This document shows, in pieces, positions 57,914 to 64,000 of a stretch of DNA of 64,000 nt. The stretch's first letter is position 1. Every line of letters begins with the position of its first letter. Below the pieces are notes generated by a model. The model worked only from the letters and a program-made list of their open reading frames with translations. It was not told the DNA's origin and made no database searches. Source of the stretch: Candidatus Moraniibacteriota bacterium (GTDB lineage: Bacteria > Patescibacteriota > Minisyncoccia > Moranbacterales > UBA1568); NCBI GenBank assembly GCA_052035095.1, contig JBPOHW010000001.1, positions 108,857-172,856 of the forward strand. The letters run 5' to 3'. The position numbers were made by a program, and so were the translations under genes.

Positions 57914-57937
57914 GAAAAAAGAAAGTAATACGCGAGG

Positions 57938-60118
57938 CTATTCCTTTACCGTTACCGTCACTTGCGACGCGCGACTCGGAATACGGGTCGTCATAAATTT
58001 CGGCCAGAAAACCACCTCAATCTTCTCGATATTCGGATACTCCGGGAAAATTCCCTGCACCTCGCCAACACTCTTTCCGAGAAGGCTTTGTTTTATTTTT
58101 TCCACATCCACGGTCGCGCGCTTCGAGAAAGAAACCTTCGCCTTTATCAACATTGACTTTGAAACAAAATCCGGACGAGGTACGGTGTATTCGAGACTCA
58201 CGTCTTCCGGAGAAAGTTTCTCCTCAAAAAGAGTCGCACCAACCGCTCGCATATCCGCCTCCGAAAAAACAAAGGCTCGCGCCGACACGCGAATGCGATA
58301 ATCAAAACTTGGCGCGACCGCGCCCGTGCCCGGAAAAGCGCCCGAAGAAAGTTTTTCAAAAAGAATGGCGTCATCCAAAATTTTCTCACCCGGTTTCAAA
58401 TCCTTCTCGAATTCCACACGAATCAATTCGGAAAGTTTCTGCTCGGAAGTTTCCTTGGCGCGTATTACGTCATCCGCCGAAACGGAAGCGATCCCGCCAT
58501 CCCCCTCGCCGCCACCCAAAAACGGTTGCGTGGATCGAGCGGTAATCTTTTCATATTTGGCATTTCCCTTGAAGCCGGGAATCGTGAATGACGCGGGTTC
58601 GATATTGTATTCCTTTCCCGACACATCGGCCACCACCTCCGCCTCAACCGTCCCGGGTGTCAATGTTCCATCTGTTTCCTTCGCGCCGGGAACCGTGACT
58701 CCCTTCACAATGCGAAAAATTTTTCCGTCCGACGTTTCAAAGCGAGTGGTTGCGATAAGGGACTGTGGATCTTTCCCGAACGCGTTGGAGATCGTTATCG
58801 TTCCGCGAGCGCGTTTATCGGACGCGGACGACTTCCCCGTCCCCGGAAATGACTGACTGATTTCTTTTTCCATTTCGAGAAAACGAAGTGGAATAATCTT
58901 TCCTTCGGTATCGACATCTCGTTGATCCGTCTTTGCCAAAACTTCCGCGTCAATCGACTCCGAGCTATCTTTTACGAGAATCGCCACCTCGGCTTGAGGA
59001 ACAAAGATAAACGCCGAGACGCCCGCCGCCGCGAGTATTGATACCGCGACAAACCCAAAAACAAAATACGGAAAAATTCGCCGTCCGGATTTCTTCTCGA
59101 AAGGAATCTCGGGGGATTGTTTTTCCGAGGACGCCGAGGGGGTAGCGCGATGCTGATAGAGTCGAGCAATCGGGGTTTCGAGCGATGGCTGTGGAGGAGG
59201 AGGGGGTGCACTGGCGACTTTTGACGGAAGAGCCGAAACCGAAGGTGAACTCGGAGCCATGACCGAAGCGGGAGCGGGAACGGAATCAAAATTTTTCGGT
59301 GTCTGTAAAGAGCGAGAGGGGGACGGAGATAACGGCGTCGGAGGAGCTTGAAACAAAAACGAAACTCGAGGGACGCCTCCAGAGGAGGATGCGGGAGACG
59401 CCGATGTCGCCAAAGGCTTCGGCGTTGAAATCGGCCGACTCATCTCCCGCGAAGGAACCGACGTATCAACCCGCGGCGCCGGCGCCTTCAATGAGGATTC
59501 GTCCCGAACCGAATTGAGCGTTGTCAGTTGTTTCGGCGTCCGATCACTGACGGGAATCGTTCGCGGTATGCTCGACGAAATGGAGGGGGTTGCGGGGAGC
59601 GCTTTCGAAGGGATTTTCGGGTAGACCGGCGTTTTCGCGTCCTCGTTTCCGGGCGACGCTTCAACAACCGATTCTCTTTTTGTGAAGAAACTCGACGACC
59701 CGATCGATTCGGAATGAAGCCGTTCAGCCGATCCCACCCCTGGAAGCGATTCGCAATCCTCCGCTGCCGACTGCTCAACGCGAGAGAGTCGCGCGGGAAG
59801 AGCGGCATCTTCCGCTCGAGAAGCGACGCCATCAACCGTTTCGAGCGAACTCTTCGTTTCGATACCGGCCTTCTCGGCAAGAAGTCGCCCCGTCTCGTCC
59901 TGCGTCACCAAACACAAGTGTTTCCCGAGTTTTTTGGACTCGCGATCGAGAAGGCGAAGATTGACAAGACTTTGAAGAAATGCCGCTCGTTTCGGAACGG
60001 CAAAAAACACCTCCGTATCGGTCACTTTTCGAAGTCGTCCGATAACGGAAATGATTTCCTCATCCGGATCAATATACACAAGGTGCGACATAAGCTTTTT
60101 TGATTTTTTTGTTTTCAA
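57938..60118 (-). CDS. Hypothetical bitopic membrane protein: N-terminal cytoplasmic domain, Pro/Ser-rich linker, one TM and a large extracytoplasmic domain. It sits where ftsZ would be expected after ftsA
   Basis: 726 aa. Low-complexity P/S/A stretch (residues about 150-330), TM helix IFPYFVFGFVAVSILAAAGVSAFIFV, and a C-terminal beta-rich domain. The start may be TTG at 60118 or ATG at 60091. Confidence 0.6.
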   Translation of the reverse strand: MKTKKSKKLMSHLVYIDPDEEIISVIGRLRKVTDTEVFFAVPKRAAFLQSLVNLRLLDRESKKLGKHLCLVTQDETGRLLAEKAGIETKSSLETVDGVASRAEDAALPARLSRVEQSAAEDCESLPGVGSAERLHSESIGSSSFFTKRESVVEASPGNEDAKTPVYPKIPSKALPATPSISSSIPRTIPVSDRTPKQLTTLNSVRDESSLKAPAPRVDTSVPSREMSRPISTPKPLATSASPASSSGGVPRVSFLFQAPPTPLSPSPSRSLQTPKNFDSVPAPASVMAPSSPSVSALPSKVASAPPPPPQPSLETPIARLYQHRATPSASSEKQSPEIPFEKKSGRRIFPYFVFGFVAVSILAAAGVSAFIFVPQAEVAILVKDSSESIDAEVLAKTDQRDVDTEGKIIPLRFLEMEKEISQSFPGTGKSSASDKRARGTITISNAFGKDPQSLIATTRFETSDGKIFRIVKGVTVPGAKETDGTLTPGTVEAEVVADVSGKEYNIEPASFTIPGFKGNAKYEKITARSTQPFLGGGEGDGGIASVSADDVIRAKETSEQKLSELIRVEFEKDLKPGEKILDDAILFEKLSSGAFPGTGAVAPSFDYRIRVSARAFVFSEADMRAVGATLFEEKLSPEDVSLEYTVPRPDFVSKSMLIKAKVSFSKRATVDVEKIKQSLLGKSVGEVQGIFPEYPNIEKIEVVFWPKFMTTRIPSRASQVTVTVKE

Positions 60119-60132
60119 GTGTTCCCAGGTTG

Positions 60133-60254
60133 AGAACCTTCAAAATTCGGTGCAGTCCAAGGCGCAATCGAGGAGCGGAGTAAGCCGTATGTAGTCATAC
60201 GGTGTCGAGCACCGGAAATTGCAACGAAGGAATGTGCCGGATTTTGAAGGTTCT
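60133..60254. repeat. Intercistronic hairpin-closed element, family A/C copy C1 (18-bp closing stem agaaccttcaaaattcgg / ccggattttgaaggttct); the right arm overlaps the ftsA stop codon
   Basis: Core aligns with 52200..52314 (cgaggagcggagtaagccgtatgtagtcatacggtgtcgagcaccggaaattgcaacgaaggaatgtgcc). The arms have a different sequence but stay complementary. Confidence 0.7.
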
Positions 60255-61512
60255 ATCTCTGGACGGTGTCCATGGCACGACGCAGCATTCCAGCAAGAGA
60301 CTTCTCTTCGTCCGCGAGGTGAAGAACAAGATTCGCAAGCCCCATCGGCGTAATGTCTTGAGGATTGGAAAGAACACCGGTCGTATCGCTTATCCGGATA
60401 ATATCGTGCGGTTGAAGGAAACTTACCTGCGGCGGCTTGGCAAACGGCAAGCTCGCACTCCACTCTTCGGAAAGAAGCGCCTCCCGAATTCCGGGAAGTC
60501 CCGACCCGCCACCGCACAGAAATATCTTGGTCGGAAGAAGGTCGGTATCCGAAAACTCGGCAAGTGAAAGCTCGACGCCACCCTGCCATACATGACAATC
60601 CTCTCGGAAGAATTCATGAAGCGCCTCGGTTGCCTCTTTGTCGAGTTTCCCAAGTGAGTAGTTGATTTTCAATTTCTCAGCTTCTTCAAAACTCACGCCG
60701 GACTCTTGTGCGAGACGCTTCGTGAAGGCGCGTCCACCCAAGGCAAACATCTTCGTCCCCTCCAATCCGCCATTCCGAACAACCGCGATATCGGTCGTGC
60801 CACCCCCGATATCGATGAATATCGCGCTAAAATCGAGCATATCCTCGACCTCAACCGACCGCGCGACCGCGTAGGGTTCCGCCGCGATATTAATGAGATC
60901 GAGATGAAGATCCGACGCGATACTCTCGATCGCTCCCAAATGAATCATCGGCGCATAGGCATTGAAAATGCTCATCGAGACATCGCGCCCCTGAAAATTG
61001 AGCGGATTGGTTACGCGATACCCGTCAATCCGCACATCAACGACCGCCGCGTTGATGAGCTTCACATCGATTTCGGACTGATTCGTTTCCCAGGCAAGTT
61101 GTTTGTGAATACGTTCATACGCTTTTTCTTGCACCTTCTCGACAATCATACGAAGCTCCGACAAACTGATCTTCACCTCCGGATTCACGCGTTCATAATG
61201 CACGGTTGTCGTTGTTCCTTTCACAAGTTCTCCCGCGATACCGACAATGCTTTTCCTCACCTTCTTCACTTTTGCCTGCTCCTCCGCAAGGAGAATCGCT
61301 TCGCGGCACGACTCAATCACGCCGGCAATATCCGAGACGGCGCCACTTTGCATATTGCCCATTTTTTGCCGAACCCAGCCAACACCGACGACGACGCCGC
61401 GTCCGCCGGTTTCAATTCGAAAGATAAGCGCCTTCACGATTTCCGTCCCGATATCGAGCGCCAAATAATACTCGCCCGACCCTTGTCCGAAAACTTTTGA
61501 AAAAAGACCCAT
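60253..61512 (-). CDS. ftsA: Cell division protein FtsA (actin-like ATPase)
   Basis: Phosphate-1 ALDIGTEIVKA, phosphate-2 IDIGGGTTDIAV and adenosine GGGSGLPGI motifs. Confidence 0.8.
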   Translation of the reverse strand: MGLFSKVFGQGSGEYYLALDIGTEIVKALIFRIETGGRGVVVGVGWVRQKMGNMQSGAVSDIAGVIESCREAILLAEEQAKVKKVRKSIVGIAGELVKGTTTTVHYERVNPEVKISLSELRMIVEKVQEKAYERIHKQLAWETNQSEIDVKLINAAVVDVRIDGYRVTNPLNFQGRDVSMSIFNAYAPMIHLGAIESIASDLHLDLINIAAEPYAVARSVEVEDMLDFSAIFIDIGGGTTDIAVVRNGGLEGTKMFALGGRAFTKRLAQESGVSFEEAEKLKINYSLGKLDKEATEALHEFFREDCHVWQGGVELSLAEFSDTDLLPTKIFLCGGGSGLPGIREALLSEEWSASLPFAKPPQVSFLQPHDIIRISDTTGVLSNPQDITPMGLANLVLHLADEEKSLAGMLRRAMDTVQR

Positions 61513-61556
61513 ACCGACAAGAAATAATCAATCACCAATTCTCAATTTCCAAAAAT

Positions 61557-61677
61557 AGGACTTCCTCACTTTGATGCAGTTCGAGAAAAAACCGAGCAAC
61601 GGAAGGAGGTGTATGCGCAATACTTCGAGTGAGTAGCGCAGGTTTTGACGAAGAAATGCGCAAAGTGAGGAAGTCCT
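61557..61677. repeat. Intercistronic hairpin-closed element, family A/C copy A2 (perfect 17-bp closing stem aggacttcctcactttg / caaagtgaggaagtcct)
   Basis: About 85 percent identical to 5550..5671. The one stem difference relative to A1 gives a G-U pair instead of G-C. It ends 45 nt before the ftsA start. Confidence 0.7.
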
Positions 61678-61763
61678 AAAAAAATAACACCACGCAATGT
61701 GAAAGCAATTCAATCACGAGTACAGTATACCACAATTTACACTCACCCGTATCGCCCTGGCAA

Positions 61764-62774
61764 TCAACCCAAAGATTGAACGGAAATATCACCGATACGC
61801 GACGCAACTTCTTCCTGATGCAAAAGTCCTTCGATCGCGCCGTAGTGGCGAACGACGCTCGCGCCGTTTATCATGCCCCAGACGAGCGACTCCGAGAGCG
61901 ACTTTTCGAGAATGGTCGCCGCGAGAAACGCGCTTCCGAAGGCATCCCCCGCCCCGGTCGTATCAATCCCTCGTTCCGGTTGCTTCGAAATCGCACGAAA
62001 CAATTCCTTGCCATCGTACCCCCACGCGCCCCGCATACCATCCGTCATCGCGATTTTTTTCGCGCCCCTCTCAAAGAGGATATGGAGAAGCGTCTTCTCA
62101 TCGTTTAGGTTTTCTTTCAACATTTCCGGACAAGCAAAAAGCGCCAATTCAATCGCCTCATCTTTATTGAGGAGCAGTATATCCGCCTGTCCGATTGCTT
62201 CCAAAACAAGCGCGGGATTGTCTTTCATATTCTTCTGTCCGGGATTGACCGCAAGCTTCGCGCCCGCCACTTTCGCGCCCGCCATCGTTTGCCGCATATT
62301 CTCTTCCCACGCGCCATTTAAAGCGCTCACCACCACCCACGACGCGCCGGAAAATTTCGACGCCTCCACGCGGAGCCGTTCAGCAGAATCGCGATTGTAG
62401 AAAATAGTCCGTTCGCCGTCCTTCGTAAAGACAAGAATACTCGAGAGGTCGCTCTTCACTTTTGGAAATTCCTCCAACAACTTCGTGTCGACATGCTCCC
62501 GCTCAAATTCGCGCCGAATCCACGCACTGATATCATCATCCCCTGTCGCGCCATAGCACGAGACAGGGACACCAAGTCGAGCAAGTCCTACCGACGTATT
62601 GGCGGCAACACCTCCGAGCGCTTCATATCGATCCTCGATCTGATACTTCGCCCCCACCTCAAACATCACTTTCCGTTGCGCCGTCACATCCTCGGGCGTG
62701 TCCAAAAATTCCCCCTCCGACGTCGGGAAAAAAATATCCTTCGCCACCGACCCGACACAAATGACATTTGACAT
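61764..62774 (-). CDS. PfkB-family carbohydrate/nucleoside kinase (ribokinase/adenosine-kinase-like)
   Basis: PfkB signature-2 DTTGAGDAFGSAFLAA and the N-terminal GG motif region. The start is taken at MSNVICVGS. Confidence 0.8.
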   Translation of the reverse strand: MSNVICVGSVAKDIFFPTSEGEFLDTPEDVTAQRKVMFEVGAKYQIEDRYEALGGVAANTSVGLARLGVPVSCYGATGDDDISAWIRREFEREHVDTKLLEEFPKVKSDLSSILVFTKDGERTIFYNRDSAERLRVEASKFSGASWVVVSALNGAWEENMRQTMAGAKVAGAKLAVNPGQKNMKDNPALVLEAIGQADILLLNKDEAIELALFACPEMLKENLNDEKTLLHILFERGAKKIAMTDGMRGAWGYDGKELFRAISKQPERGIDTTGAGDAFGSAFLAATILEKSLSESLVWGMINGASVVRHYGAIEGLLHQEEVASRIGDISVQSLG

Positions 62775-62857
62775 AAAGAAAAAAGAAGAAATCAGAAATT
62801 TCAAATTCAGGCATTCGATATTAAATCAAAATTCTCCATTCAACATTCAACATTCTC

Positions 62858-64000
62858 CTACTGTCCCAATTCTTCCGCGATCGCGAGCAAACGATTATAT
62901 TTGGCGAGGCGTTCACCGCGCGAAAGAGAGCCGGTTTTGATACAGTCGGCGCCGGCACCCACGGCGAGGTCGGCGATGAAATCGTCCGTCGTTTCGCCGG
63001 AGCGGTGCGACACCACCGTTTTCAAGTTATTCTTTTTTGCCAAACGCATCGTCTCGAGCGTCTCGGAGAGTGTGCCGATTTGGTTGGGCTTGATGAGGAC
63101 GGCATTGCAGGCCTTTTTCTCAATCGCGATTTCGACGCGCTTCGGATTGGTCACCAGGAGATCATCGCCGATTGTCTGGACACCTTTTCCCTTGCCGAAG
63201 CGTTCCTCATGAATCGCGAATCCCTCCCAGTCTCCCTCGTGGAGCGCGTCTTCGATCGAAACGAGGAAATATTTTTCCACCCATTCGGCATACACATTGA
63301 GGAGCTGATCACGCGTCAACCGGACATGCTCCGGCTCAAGCGCGTACACATTTTCCGCCTCGACAAAAAACGAGTTCGCCGCAGCATCAATGCCAAGAAA
63401 CACATCTTTCCCCGCCGCGTATCCCGCCTTTTCAATCGCGAGGAGAATCATTTCAAATGCCTGCGCGTGACTCTCGAGTTTGGGTGCGAATCCGCCTTCG
63501 TCCCCCACACCGACCGAATAGCCGCTCTTCCCGAGGATGCCGCGAAGCGCCTGAAAAATTTCACTGCCCGCCCGAAGTTGTTCGGAATATTTTTGAATCC
63601 CCTTCGGAAAGAGCTTGAACTCCTGCACCGACAATCCCGAATCGCTGTGCGCGCCGCCATTCAAGATATTGAACATCGGGACGGGAAACCCATCGCCGAC
63701 CGTCGGCGCGTCACTCTCGCCATGTTCGTACAGGTTGCGGATGTATCGGTAGAGCGGAATACCCTCAAGCACCGCGCTCGCTCTTGCCGCGGCGAGCGAG
63801 ATGCCGAGAATCGCGTTTGCTCCGAGTCGCGCTTTGTTCTCCGTCCCATCGAGATCGCGCATCGCCCGATCTATTCGCTCCTGATCCAGCGCGTTCATAC
63901 CGATGAGTTTTTCTCGAAGCTCGCCATTCACATTCGCAACCGCCCGAAGCACGCCCTTCCCGCCATAACGTTTGGGATCATTGTCTCGCAATTCAATCGC
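62858..64000 (-). CDS. eno: Enolase (phosphopyruvate hydratase), partial; the N-terminal about 50 aa lie beyond the window end
   Basis: Motifs NILNGGAHSDSGLSVQEF, IKPNQIGTLSETL and SHRSGETTD. Confidence 0.9.
   Translation of the reverse strand, partial: AIELRDNDPKRYGGKGVLRAVANVNGELREKLIGMNALDQERIDRAMRDLDGTENKARLGANAILGISLAAARASAVLEGIPLYRYIRNLYEHGESDAPTVGDGFPVPMFNILNGGAHSDSGLSVQEFKLFPKGIQKYSEQLRAGSEIFQALRGILGKSGYSVGVGDEGGFAPKLESHAQAFEMILLAIEKAGYAAGKDVFLGIDAAANSFFVEAENVYALEPEHVRLTRDQLLNVYAEWVEKYFLVSIEDALHEGDWEGFAIHEERFGKGKGVQTIGDDLLVTNPKRVEIAIEKKACNAVLIKPNQIGTLSETLETMRLAKKNNLKTVVSHRSGETTDDFIADLAVGAGADCIKTGSLSRGERLAKYNRLLAIAEELGQ

Overview
This 64 kb window looks like a compact bacterial chromosome segment, gene-dense and mostly transcribed from the minus strand. 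Its gene content and protein peculiarities suggest a small-genome Patescibacteria/CPR-like organism, but that is inference. The peculiarities are lysine-rich extensions on S9, S11 and SecF, and an AlaRS lacking its C-terminal domain.

The window carries five gene groups:
- A partial str/alpha ribosomal-protein operon, infA-rpmJ-rpsM-rpsK-rpsD-rpoA-rplQ, fused to rplM-rpsI, with a near-consensus TTGACA-N17-TACAAT promoter.
- Core genes: secD-secF, priA-def-fmt, gltX, gatB, alaS, murI, ftsA, eno, uppS, a polyprenyl synthase, a P-type ATPase, ugd, a PfkB kinase and rplU.
- Many cell-surface glycan genes: five GT4/GT1 glycosyltransferases, a GT39-like protein, a TagA/WecB-like protein, a Wzz-like protein, an epimerase, Ugd and a UPF0104 membrane protein.
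- Two adjacent giant secreted proteins, one with FN3 x3 plus a beta-helix and one with LamG x2.
- An accessory/defence-like set: HicB-HicA, AbiEi-AbiEii, and a RhuM-family gene next to an AT-rich orphan ORF that has an R-x4-H (HEPN-like) motif.

The feature not covered by standard annotation is a set of at least eleven intercistronic elements of about 90-190 nt (four A/C, two B, two E, three singletons). Each has a conserved core enclosed by a long closing stem whose sequence differs between copies but stays base-paired. Each sits between the stop codon of one operon gene and the start of the next. This looks like a novel structured-RNA or processing-signal system. There is also a stand-alone hairpin-closed, U-tailed candidate sRNA at 28140-28312. 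I found no tRNA, rRNA, CRISPR array, transposase or integrase.
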